Positions 52,620-64,000 of a stretch of 64,000 bases of DNA are shown here, in pieces. The notes beneath the pieces were generated by a model, which was not told the origin of the DNA, did not search any database, and saw nothing but the letters and a program-made list of their open reading frames with translations. The DNA lies in the NCBI RefSeq assembly GCF_006345805.1, contig NC_042998.1, positions 149,606,001 to 149,670,000 of the forward strand, given 5' to 3'. The stretch is from Octopus sinensis (taxonomy: Eukaryota). Both the position numbers and the translations under genes were made by a program. The stretch's first letter is position 1; each line of letters opens with the position of its first letter.

Positions 52620-53700
52620 TATGTGTTCCAGCCCAAAGGCTGCGGCCATGCTAGGGTACCACCAGTATCAACATCCTCTCAATGGCCATTCCCATTGATT
52701 GGCTTTTCATGAATGAGAAAAATTAATATTGTTGCCTTCTTTTGATTGTCCTTCCGTGATGTATATTTTTATTTCTTTATTGTCCACAAGGGGTTAAATA
52801 TAGAGAGGACAAACAAGGACAGACAAACGGATTAAGTCAATTACATCGACCCCTGTGCGTAACTGTTACTTAAGTTATCGAGCCCGAAAGGATGAAAGGC
52901 AAAGTCGACCTCGGTGGAATTTGAACTCAGAGCGTAGCGGCAGACGAAATACCTATTTCTTTACTACCCACAAGGGGCTAAACACAGAGAGGACAAACAA
53001 GGACAGACAAACGGATTAAGTCGATTATATCGACCCCAGTGCGTAACTGGTACTTAATTTATCGAGCCCGAAAGGATGAAAGGCAAAGTCGACCTCGGCG
53101 GAATTTGAACTCAGATCGTAACGGCAGACGAAATACGGCTACGCATTTCGCCCGGCGTGCTAACGTTTCTGCCAGCTCGCCGTCATGATGTAGATCCGTC
53201 TGGGATCTGGGACAGAAGAACGTCAAAGTGCTTTTGAAAAGAAAATTACCTCCCACTCTATCTAGATCACTTAGGTTCTTAGGCAAGATATTAAACATTT
53301 TAAATATTTTTTCGCACTTGGTCCTTACTCTAGACGGGATAACTGAAACATTGACAGAGTGCAGTGGCTACATGCTCAGGTTCTGGTATAAAATTTAACG
53401 TAAGCCCCCCTAGGATCTTCCATATGTATATCATGCGTATGTCTCCCGTCCTCGCTCTAGGGAGTAGAGTCATAACTCTCCCAGTGGCTCAACAATCTCA
53501 AAACATTGCTTCGAATTTCACTACAAATTTAACATTGTGGGTTGACCACAATTAGGAGCAGACGGTTGAGGGCATAAGTCTTCCTGCAACCAGCATAATT
53601 TCCTGGTCCATTGTTATGAAAGTTCTCAAAACTCATCAGACCGAGACTAGGATCTTTTCTATTCTGAAGCCAGGATCACAGATCTTTCTACTTAACTAAA
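52620..53700 (-). mobile_element. Degraded CR1 3' fragment interrupted by a SINE S2 dimer
   Basis: LYSLERGRE.YA..; MFNILPKNL.DL..F.FKSTL before the SINE; CR1-type tail ggtggtaccctagcatggccgcagcc resumes at 52640-52670. Confidence 0.7.
52772..53182 (-). mobile_element. SINE S2 head-to-tail dimer (full copy 53182-52955, then a 5'-truncated copy)
   Basis: Two ~180-bp direct repeats; head ggcgagctggcagaaacgttagcacgccgggcgaaatgcgtagcc. Confidence 0.9.
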
Positions 53701-54429
53701 TAATTTGAAACTTCGTATGCTGATAGAGTCTTGCAAAACAAGACACAGGTTGGAACTAGTTTATTTGAGAAAAATCTATTTTATGACTTTAATCGTAGAT
53801 TAAAACTGCGAATTTTAACCAATCAGATTGTTTGTTTTCATGTATAAAACTTGACTGCATTCTCTTAGTGTGACGTGGACAGCGCTTTTGTGACGTACTA
53901 ACGTTCGTTTGAAAAACTGTAAACAATCTAAACTGATGTGAATATTGTTTTATTTTCTTCGCATGTATCCACATGTTCTTAATATTTTATACACGTGGAC
54001 TCGTATCATTTACTTTGATAAAATTTTATTCGTGCACATCCGAATCATTTGCTTTGTAAAAAAAACAGGATAATTGAGTGCACTGCACTAGCACCGTAAT
54101 TATATAACATTGGTTCATTATTCTTCTGGCATAGGCCAATGCCTGTTGCTGTAGATTTCCAGCTCATAACTTGTACTCGTTTTATCGACCCACCTGTAAC
54201 TGGCATATTTGAACTTGATAAACATATATATGTAAACCTGAAAACATCTCGAGTATGTTATATATTTGTAGGGAACGGACGTGAAACCCAAGGGCAATCC
54301 CATAAATCGGCCTTATCTAACTTAATATATACTGTTCTATAACTTAGAGTGGGCTTCTTTTTTCGGATTTATGTTTACGGACGATATATATATATATAAA
54401 GGGTGTAAAGAATACGTACACCTGGTGTT

Positions 54430-54926
54430 TGGGTTAGGGTTCAAGATACATAGGTTTGAGTCTACAGATACAAAACCAAACATGATAAAATCTTCTTTGC
54501 ATTTCTTCAGTTTTGCCTTTTTAGCAGTTGGTTCAGTTATTATTACAACTGATCAAAAAAAAAATTAAAATAATAAATATTTTATTTCTATAAATTTAAA
54601 GTATCAAATTTATTATTAAACAATATTATGTAGTGATCTATAAAAAATATCGAATTATTATGAAACTGTTGTGATTATAAAATTAAATTATGTAGTTCTT
54701 GATTGTAATATATCATTGATTATATATATACATCATTGATTCTTATGGAATAATTATTGAATTTTGTTTTCTTATTATTATTCTGTCTTCATATAAATTA
54801 TTATTAACTAACAGTGTCTTTATTATCGAACAATATTGTGTAGATCTGAAATGGCTTCAATTTTTTATGGCTACGAATTCTCTGGGGACCACTGGTAGGT
54901 TCCAGGGACCACATTGGGAATCACTG
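54430..54926 (-). mobile_element. hAT (Charlie/Buster-like) transposon 5' remnant
   Basis: Minus strand starts CAGTGATTCCCAATGTGGTCCC; downstream AKKAKLKKCKEDFIMFGF resembles the 'RKY.E.Y...GF' transposase N-terminus. Confidence 0.55.
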
Positions 54927-55209
54927 CTTTAAACAATACTGGATGAAATGAATATTGAAATTATTTACAAATTTTGTTAGTACATGAAACATGTTATAAT
55001 TTACAAGTTCCAGTAGAATATGTGACAAAGATAATATTCCTAGCTGAACTTATCCCCTTTAATTTTCTTGTACCAGAAACTTCCAACCCCAGCCAATATT
55101 AACGCCAGATAACTTACGCAGGACATTTCATAATAAAGAAGAAAAAATTAAAAGGCTTTCATCTTTTTCTTTTAAACAAAAGAATTTTTATAAAGATATA
55201 TATAAAGGA

Positions 55210-55580
55210 TAGCTTTATGGTTGAAAAATTTGCTTCACACCCATGGGTTTCTGGGTTCAATTATGCTGTATGGTATATTGGGTAAGTGTCTTTTACTGTA
55301 GTCTTAGGTTGATCAATGTCATGTGAGTCAAATTGGGAGAATGATTCTATGAAGAAGCCCGCAAGATGTGTTTGTGTGTATGTGTGTGTGTTCATTTACA
55401 TGTTTACTACTCTAGTATACTAGGCTATCAAAGGTTACTTTCAATGAACAGGCATCGTTAAAATGGGACCCTGCCCTATGTTTGGAATTATCTCTAATAT
55501 TGATAGGGTCAATGAAAGACACCCCAAGACAGTGCCTGAGCACGGTCATAGCACACTGACTGAAATTAATAAAGAAGAAA
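55210..55580 (+). mobile_element. Old, degenerate SINE S1
   Basis: gggtaagtgtcttttactgtag..tgtgagt..gaagaagcccg..(TG)n..gactgaaat. Confidence 0.55.
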
Positions 55581-55896
55581 CAATTCTAGGTTTCAAAACA
55601 TTTTTTAATGATAAACATCCAAATGTAAAGACATAAACTATTATTAGGATGAATATTCTTTGGGTGGGAGATCAGAATAAATAAAAGAATGCAAGTGAAT
55701 GTGTCATGTAAAGTGGGATGGGTGGGTTGGTGAGGTGCACAGCTTCCTTCAGAAACAACAGTAAAAAATCTTTGGTTTCATAATGGTTGAATCATTCGCC
55801 CAAAACAATGAGATTTTTGTTTCTTTTTAAGACATGTAGTGGGGGAAATATTTATATTGATAGGAATCATTATTAACAAGAAAATAATTATACATA

Positions 55897-55935
<39 letters not shown>

Positions 55936-56864
55936 ATATATATATAATATATAATATATATACAAAGAGAAAATGGAGAAATATATCCAAATCAATCATC
56001 AACCATCAGATAATACCGAATCAATACTTTATTAAACCACTACACAATAGCAATGATATTATACATTAATATAGTGCAAATATAACAAGACATAGAAATA
56101 CATTTACATTGTAGCTGACAGCTGTTTCGGCCGTGAAGACAGGTATGTCCCATTTAACCTATTAGCCATATAAAGCAGGTATAAATGAGACATTAACAAG
56201 AATATCTCACAGAGAATTTAATGCAAGTATGAAAAAAATTTACATATAAATATAAATATGTGTGCATACACACTCATATTCTTACATATATATATATATA
56301 CACAATAATACAATATAAACAATATAGATCAATATACATCAACAAACACAATAATGTTCCATATTGAACTCCACAGTTCCATAACCAACATCAAGAAACA
56401 CAACATGTACACTCACACTCAAAGCAGGCATATATATTGAACAGTCAATATATTAAAATGTGCCATTTCACAAGTCATAATATATAAAAAATATGCCATC
56501 ACCACTAAATTAATAATACTACATAATCTATATATATCATATATATCATATATATGTATATATACATATAAATATCATCAAATGCATGTATGTATCTGAA
56601 TATGTCTTGTTTGATTTACATGTTTTTCGAGTCAAGTATGTTTTAAATTAAAAAATGATTGAAGTATTCTTTCACAACCAGATGCCTTTCCTGTCATTAA
56701 CACTTGACTGTGTTTTAAATAAGGAATCTCTTAATTACACATGTCTTGAAAGGCTTGAAGTAAGCAGACAATTTGTCAACCAGAGAAATGACAACAGCAA
56801 ACCTTGTAGCTTGCAACTTTTATAGAGCACAAACATAAACAGATATACACACATATTATATAGA

Positions 56865-57010
56865 TAGATTTCTTACAGGTTCCATCTATCAAATTCACTC
56901 ACAAGGATTTGGTCAATCTTGGCTATCATAAGTGATACTTGGCGAAGTTTGCCATGCACTGGGACTGAGCTCAAAACCATATGATTAAGAAGGGAACTAC
57001 GTGCCTGTGC
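56865..57010 (-). mobile_element. Degenerate SINE S1 head/core
   Basis: aaattcactcacaaggatttggtc..gggactga. Confidence 0.55.
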
Positions 57011-57041
57011 CTTCTATCAGTCTTTCTGTACATATGTATGC

Positions 57042-57088
<47 letters not shown>

Positions 57089-57391
57089 TATAGTATGTAG
57101 ATAGGCTTGTAATCGAAGCCGTGTCCTCGTGAAGCACACCTGTATATTCCAGTATGCCAATATTGTATGTAGATGTTATAATTGTGTGAGGTATGTATAA
57201 GAGTAGAAAAATATTGGAAAATAATATTTGCAGAGTAATTACGCATCAAAACAGTAGAGTGGGAAATATTTTTAGTTTATTTATTCACCATTGCACATGT
57301 TTCATTTGCTAGTACGAGTTAGAATATTATACATGTAAGAGAAAATTATAAAATATCTCTTATTAAAACTCCTCAGACAGCGAATCAATTA

Positions 57392-58622
57392 TCAGATTGA
57401 ATAAAAAATAAGCAACGTTTTGAACCATGAAGAATTTGTACCAGATTTTTGCAGGGTTTTGAATTTTTGTTAAACATTTTTTGCAGTTGTCTGATAATAC
57501 AGATATAAACTTACCCAAATGCATCAATAAATTAACATTTATATTTTTTTTCCCCCATTCATACAATCATCTGAAAGGGAACTGTGAAAGTGCGATATTT
57601 GAGCAGTTTTGCAATTCAACTTCAAAAAAGGATGTAAAGCAGCTAAAACTGTTCATGATATCAATGAAACATTTGGTGGGGAAATGACCAGTAAGAGGTC
57701 AGCTTGAAAATGGTTTAAATGATTTTGCAGATTGTGAGCATTATGGACGCCCATCTGTCATCGATGACAGTCAAGTAGAGACTGTCATTGAGAAAGATCC
57801 ATATAGAACCACTTGAGAACTGGCAAAAGAACTTCAAGTTAGTCAGAAAACTGCCTGCAACCATTTTCATGCAATCAGAAAATAAAAAAAGCTCGACAAA
57901 TTTGAATGAAAATCAGAAAATGCTTATTGCTTCTTCTCCGCAACCAGACCAATCCATTTCTTGACCATATTGTAACTTGCAATGAAAAGTGGATTCTGTA
58001 CAATAAAAAACGTTCTTTGCAGTGGTTGGAGCAAAATGAAGCACCAAAAACCTTCCCTAAACCAAGCTCTTCAAAAAGAAGGTTATGGTGACTGCTTGGT
58101 GGTGTACTTTTGGAATCATCCATTATAACTTTTTAAAATCTGGAAAAAACATTACTGCAGAAACATATTGTCATGAAATTGCCAAAATGAAAGAAAAACC
58201 GCTAATCCTCTGTCCCAGACTGGTCAACAGAAGAGGGCCAATCATTCTTCATAACAATGCTCGACCATAAATTTCACTAATGATGCTCCAAAGTTGAAGG
58301 AACTTGGCTATGAATTTCTTCCCCACCCAGCTTATTCCCCAGACCTTTCTCCTACCGACTACCACTTTTTCAAGCACTTTGATGGTTTCCTGAAAGAGAA
58401 GGAGTTAAAAAATCAAACTGATGCTGAAACTGTGTTCAAGGAGTTCATCAGCTCCAGAACTCCAGATTTTTATGTTACCAGAATAAACAAACTTGTAACT
58501 CATTGGCACAAATGTGTTGATTGTAATGGTACTTACTTTGATGAATAAAATTTCCACATTGCTGAAATATATTGTGATGAATTTCATGTTTCAAAACGTT
58601 GCTTACTTTTTACTCAGCATGA
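57392..58622 (+). mobile_element. Full-length mariner (DD34D, Hsmar1/cecropia-like) with a pseudogenised transposase
   Basis: TIRs tcagattgaataaaaaataagcaacgttttgaa / ttcaaaacgttgcttactttttactcagcatga, both TA-flanked; IVTCNEKWILY..MVTAWW..LHNNARP..HPAYSPDLSPTDYHFFKHFD..W.KCVDCNGTYFDE*. Confidence 0.95.
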
Positions 58623-58970
58623 TAATACTCTCTAATTTTCTGTCAGAAGACTTTCTAACAGAAGATATCTTACATGTTTCTCTGTTAAATACAATTTTGT
58701 AACCCCTATTAGTAAATGAAACATGTGTAATGGTGAATAAATAATACCAAAAATTTTTCTTATCTCCTGTTTTGATATATGTATATGTTATATTATATAC
58801 AAGATATACTATATTATCATTAATTGATGGATGCAAAGAAATAAGAAACTTGAAGTAGTCAACTCCAAAATATAGTTGGGGTAGGTAGAATGGGGAAGTA
58901 AATGTCAATAAGAACTAACTCAGTCTTGCCAAACAGATGCCAGGACAAAAAGTGATGATGATGATGATCA

Positions 58971-59013
<43 letters not shown>

Positions 59014-59029
59014 ATATATGGCGTAAAAG

Positions 59030-59450
59030 AAAGAAAATGGTAAATCTAGTTGAGTTGCTCATGAAGATAACATGGATGCCGCTCGAGCTCAAAAGATTGG
59101 CTGTAATGAAAACCTCCTAGAGGAATGTGAAGACACAGGCTGGAAAGCAGAGCATTTTTCAATCAAAGTTGGATGTAGAGGGTTTGTTGGACACAGTGTG
59201 AAGTGACTATTGCCATCATTGACTTAATTCATCGCAAAGCAAATACCACTAGGAGTAATATCCAAACTACACTGGAAAAGGCAAACCACTGGATTTGGTT
59301 AGAAAGCAACAATGAGCAATGGCTAGAAGAATATTGAGTGAAACCTGATGACCAGTTGATCTAGCAAGCAGGGTCTCATTTCAGTGAGGGGTGCCCAATG
59401 ATGCTGTCAAAGAGATAGGTCCCGAAATGGCAGGTATTCTCTCCTAATGG
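59030..59450 (+). mobile_element. HERO-like (RLE-type) non-LTR retrotransposon 3' remnant
   Basis: VEL..HEDNMDAAR..LLEECEDTGWKAEHFSIKVGCRGFVG..LEKANHWIWL. Confidence 0.7.
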
Positions 59451-59544
59451 CCCCATAAACTTGCTAGCATCTGGTATGCAGGGCTTTCAACAGGTAACAC
59501 TTGCATCTGCATGTTGTTTGCAAAAAAATATTTAAAAATATATA

Positions 59545-59940
59545 TTCGACCCTGTGCTTGAGGAAACCTATTGAGTCAAGTACATCAACATCAAAAATCA
59601 ATGGAAATTGTAGTTGTGATCCCTGTGCCGGTGGCATGTCAAAAGCACCGTCCGGATGTGGCCAATGCCAGTGCCGCCTTCACTGGCTTCCATGCTGGTG
59701 GCATGTAAAAACCACCAATCCAATCGTGGCCATTGCCAGCCTCGCCTGGCACCTGTGCCAGTGGCACTTAAAAAGTACCCACTACACTCACGGAGTGGTT
59801 GGCATTATGAAGGGCATCCAGCTGTAGAAACACTGCCAGATCAGACTGGAGCCTGGTGCAGCCTTCTGGCTTCCCAGATCCCGGTTGAACCGTCCAACCC
59901 ATGCTAGCATGGAAAACGGACATTAAACGATGATGATGAT
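59545..59940 (+). mobile_element. RTE-associated 3' UTR/SINE copy ending in (GAT)n
   Basis: gaagggcatccagctgtagaaac..cccatgctagcatggaaaacggacattaaacgatgatgat; reverse complement of 61545-61800. Confidence 0.85.
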
Positions 59941-60234
59941 ATTCATGATCCGCATTATCATCACTTTTCTATGCTGGCATTAGTTGGGCAGCAGAACAGA
60001 GCCAGTACCTCCACCTCCAATCCCAACTGAGTTGCAGGACTACATTTTGTTCATACTTTCTCTTTGCAACATAAGTTTCTGTGTCTGGATTTATCACACA
60101 ACCACCTTACAAAAAATGTATTTGTGTGTGTGAGGGTGTAGTTAGTATAACAAATAGGAGCAAAAACTATTCAATAATATAGTAGGGGGTAACATATTTT
60201 AGTTGATCCAGTAGCATCATAGACAATGTCTTTG

Positions 60235-60412
60235 GTTTGTCCCTATCCCAAATTAACAATTGGTGTTGTTTTGTTTATGTCCTTGCAACTTCACGGTTTA
60301 GCAAACGACACTGATAAATAACAAACTTAAAAATATGTAGTGGGCGCAATTAGTTTCACTAAACCTTTCAAGGTGGTGCCACAGTTCAATAACTGAAACA
60401 AGTAAAAAAAGA
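60235..60412 (+). mobile_element. Degenerate SINE S1 tail
   Basis: aaggtggtgcc..aactgaaacaagtaaaa. Confidence 0.45.
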
Positions 60413-61544
60413 GGTAATGTATGAATGTGTATATATAAGAACTACACATACAAACCTATCTGTAGATAGAATAACAAAAAGAGAGGAGAGACACAGGCAG
60501 TAATAGAGAAGCTAGTTATATTAGTCAGCAATTGTTAGACTTTTGAGAAAATCTAAAATATATAAGTTTACTTGTATGTCTGTATCCAACAATGTATATT
60601 ATTCTCAGACTTGCACGTATTTGAAATACAAAAAGGTCACAAATTTCCAGAACTTTCACATATATTGCTCAGATGAAACTTGGCTGAGTGACCCAAGTGT
60701 CTTATGTTCAGTAATCTTCCATTTATTAGACAAGACAAACATGTAAGCACTGAGGTGCGACTGGCACCTTTATTTATGATACTGAGAATGATGGATTTTA
60801 GTTCAAATAAGAATGCAATTATTTTGTTTAACATTGTTACAGTAGATTGTTTTAATATTAAAAGTGATGTAATTCAATTTAAAAGATCTCTGATATCACT
60901 GTTAAAAACCAGATAGTGGTGGCAATGGTGTTGGAGGTGGTAGATGTGGTTATCATGGCAGTGGTGGTGGTGGTGTAGTGTTGACAGTGGATGTGTATGA
61001 TGGCAGCAATTATAGTGTTGGTGTTTTTTGCAGAGGTGGTGGTGGTGGTGGTGGCAGAAGTGGATGATGATGATAATGATGATGATAGAAGTAGTGGCAT
61101 TGATTATGTTAGGATGTCTCAGTAGTGGTTGTGAAGATGATTCTGATATTGATAGTCTTTGCATTGAGGTGGTGGCAGAGTCAGAGTAAATAATAAGAGC
61201 CCAGTTAACACAAGATTCTTAAATTTCGGAGATCATAAGATAGAGAGCAAGAAGTTAAAAGTTCCAATACTGTCCCAATTCCTACACCCCAGATTCTTCA
61301 ACTATTTTATAAGAAAGGGGTAATGGCAGGTTGTATACCAAAAAATACATAAATAAATTACTGTTTTATTCTTTGGCAACATGTGTTTCATGAGGTACAT
61401 CCTCGGGTTCCTAAACCACACCTTGTTTCCCTGGAACCCCTCTCAAGATGCCAACACAATCATCAAGCCCTGTTAGTGTGTGTGAAGAGACAGAGAGAGT
61501 AATGTGTGAAAGAGAGAGATAACTGAAATTTTTTACTCGGTGTA

Positions 61545-62190
61545 TCATCATCATCATCATCATCATCGTTTAACGTCCGTTTTCCATGCTAGCATGGGTT
61601 GGACGGTTCATCCGGGATCTGGGAAGCCAGAAGGCTGCACCAGGCTCCAGTCTGATCTGGCAGTGTTTCTACAGCTGGATGCCCTTCATAATGCCAACCA
61701 CTCCGTGAGTGTAGTGGGTACTTTTTATGTGCCAGTGGCACAGGTGCCAGAGGGGTCTGGCATCGGCCACGTTCGGATGGTGCTTTTTATGTGTCACCGG
61801 CACAGGTATCACAACTACTGTTTCCATTGATATTTGGTTTGATGTTCATGTACATGCACTTGACTCAACAGGTCTCCTCAAGCACAGTGAGATGTTCCGG
61901 GATCCAAGTTACTTTGAATGGGCAGGGGGTATGCGGAACTGGTGCCGGAAGCATCACGGGTCTTAGTAGTCACAGCACATCTCCAGAGATCTCAGTCCTT
62001 CGCCATTGCCTCAGTGAGGCCCAACGCTCTGAGGTCATGCTTGCCTACCTCATCCCATGTCTTCCTGGGTCTACCTCTCCCCCTGATTCCTTCAACTGTT
62101 CGGGAGTGGCACTTCTTCACACATCTCTCCTCATCCATCCGCAGTACATGACCATACCATCGCAAGCGTCGCTCTTGCACACCGCATCTG
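61545..62190 (-). mobile_element. RTE-clade LINE 3' end with UTR and (GAT)n tail
   Basis: RSIRCGVQERRLRWYGHVLRMDEERCVKK..EG.RGRGRPRKTW. Confidence 0.92.
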
Positions 62191-62194
62191 ATGC

Positions 62195-64000
62195 TTCTTA
62201 TAATAATAATAATGAAATTATTGTATACAGTGCTCAGGTGCACCACAACTTGTCAGAAAGTGCATATAAAGTACATGCAGCAATGTAGAAATGTCTGGAA
62301 AGTGAACATGCTTGTGTGTGTATGGAGGGGAGAAAATCAAGTGTAGTGTTGGCGAATCTCAGGAAGCATGGAAGTTTTGAAGGATGCAGTGCTCCGACAA
62401 CTAACAACCGATGCCGGCAGTTTGTTCCACTCTTCAGTAACTCTCAGCGTGAAAAAATGTTTCCTGAAGTCATGGGAGCTGTGCTGTTTTCTTACTTTGT
62501 AAATATGTCCACGGGTGTTAGATGGGTGGAGTTTAAGAGGTGCTCAGAGTTATTGTTTGTGCGATGGTTGATAATTTATGGGTGTCTGCCAAGTCAGCTG
62601 CCAGACGTCGGAGTTTTAATGTGTCCATGCCCAGGGAAGTAAGGCGTTCAGGATATGGCAAATGCCTGATGGAGGGTATTCTTTTGGTTGCACGTCGCTG
62701 AACAGCTTCTAGACGATTGATGTCCTGGGCAAGATAAGGGTTCCAGACCGGTGATGCAAATTCCAGGTGAGGTCTTACCATAGCTATATAAAGCCGCAGA
62801 TAGATAGCCGGAGAGCGGCTCACAAAGGATTTGGTGAGTGATGCCAAGACACCCTCAGCCTTCTTGACAATTTTAGCGATGTGTTTTGTCCAGTGCAAAT
62901 AACTGTCGACAATAACACCCAGGTCACGTTCACTTGAAGACTTTTTGAGACTAGTGTTGTGGAGGGAGTAGGTGGACGCTGGGTTTCTCCTCCCAAAATG
63001 CATGGTGGTACATTTGTCCACAGCCAGCTTCAGTTGCCAGTCCATGATCCACTGCTGCATTGTGTCCAGGTCTGCTTGCAATAGAGATCCATAGTGTACA
63101 GGATTTGACCTCTTTATTTGGAGGTACAGCTTGATGTCATCTGCATATTTCAGCACTGTGACATTCTTTAAGTTGGCATCTATGTCATTAACATATGCAA
63201 CAAATAAAAGAGGGCCAAGAACAGATCCCTGCGGCACACCAGATGTCATCTCATAGGGCGAAGAGTGCTGTCCTAGAACTGTGACAACCTCTTTCCGGCC
63301 GAAAATAAAGGACTTTAACCAGTTATAGTTATAGAGTTCGTCTCTTACACCCAACGCAGAAGAAAGCTTCACCATAAGTCTTGTGTGGGCACAGAGTTAA
63401 AAGCCTTAGCAAAGTCCAGGTAAACAACATCCACCCAGGATCCGCGATCAGTGATTGGGTAACGTCCTCAAGAAACTCGATGAGTTGATTACAGCAGCTG
63501 GAGTTAGGAATAAATCCGAATTGTGACGGCTGGCTGAGGCTGTGAGACTTCCAGAAGTTCCAGAGGGTTTCTCTGATACAGGATTCCATCAGTTTGGCGA
63601 TGCAGCTAGTAAGACTGACGGGGCGATAGTTGACAGGCGATGTGCGGTCGCCTTTTTTTAACAGAGGGATGACACTGGCAGTTTTCCACTGTTCTGGAGT
63701 AACACCATTGTCGAGACAGAATTGGAAGAATAGAGAAAGTTGGCATAGAAGAAAGTACCCACTGCGTTTGAGAAGTAGGTATGTAACACCATTGAGACCA
63801 GAGAGAGGCATAATTGCGTTTATTCTTTAGGTGGCGTTGCAGCATTGCTGGTGTAAATTGCATAGAAGATATAGAGTCCGATGTCAGTGGTGATGATGAT
63901 GGAACATTTTGGTCTTCGACAGTAAAGATGCCGGCATAGCATCCAGCAATGATTTCTGCACATTCTTCGGGATTGCCAGTAATCTGTCCTGTGGGGATTG
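62195..64000 (-). mobile_element. CR1-clade LINE (second family), RT to 3' end, running off the window edge
   Basis: NYRPVSLTS..SQFGFIPNSSC..SGVPQGSVLGPLLF..KYADDIK..ERDLGVIVD..VRPHLEFASPVWNP..LEAVQRRATK; (ATT)n tail. Confidence 0.96.

Noticed and set aside
54135-54342. Possible exon or short ORF (MPVAVDFQL.. on plus; MGLPLGF.. on minus)
   Set aside because: No recognisable domain, and it lies between transposon remnants; there is insufficient support.

Overview
This is AT-rich, microsatellite-saturated eukaryotic DNA. Its SINE set and repeat landscape look like an octopod cephalopod (inferred from remembered sequence; no search was run). I recognise no host protein-coding gene, and almost all listed ORFs are translations of simple repeats or of dead transposons. 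Non-LTR retrotransposon fragments include R4/Dong (at least 6, mostly within (TAA)n), CR1 (4), RTE including a BovB-like copy, L1/Tx1, HERO-like and Penelope GIY-YIG. There are three tRNA-derived SINE families. DNA transposons include two DD34D mariners, a DD37D maT, a DD37E TRT-like element with TIRs, hAT derivatives and Helitron derivatives. The most notable signal is a pair of ~630-665 bp near-perfect palindromes (35596-36224 and 42301-42965). Each arm carries a complete type I hammerhead ribozyme consensus, giving one per strand and four in total. Stem II shows a compensatory base-pair change between the copies, and copy-specific variants are mirrored between the two arms of each copy. All alignments and folds were done by eye, and boundaries are approximate unless TIR/TSD positions are given.
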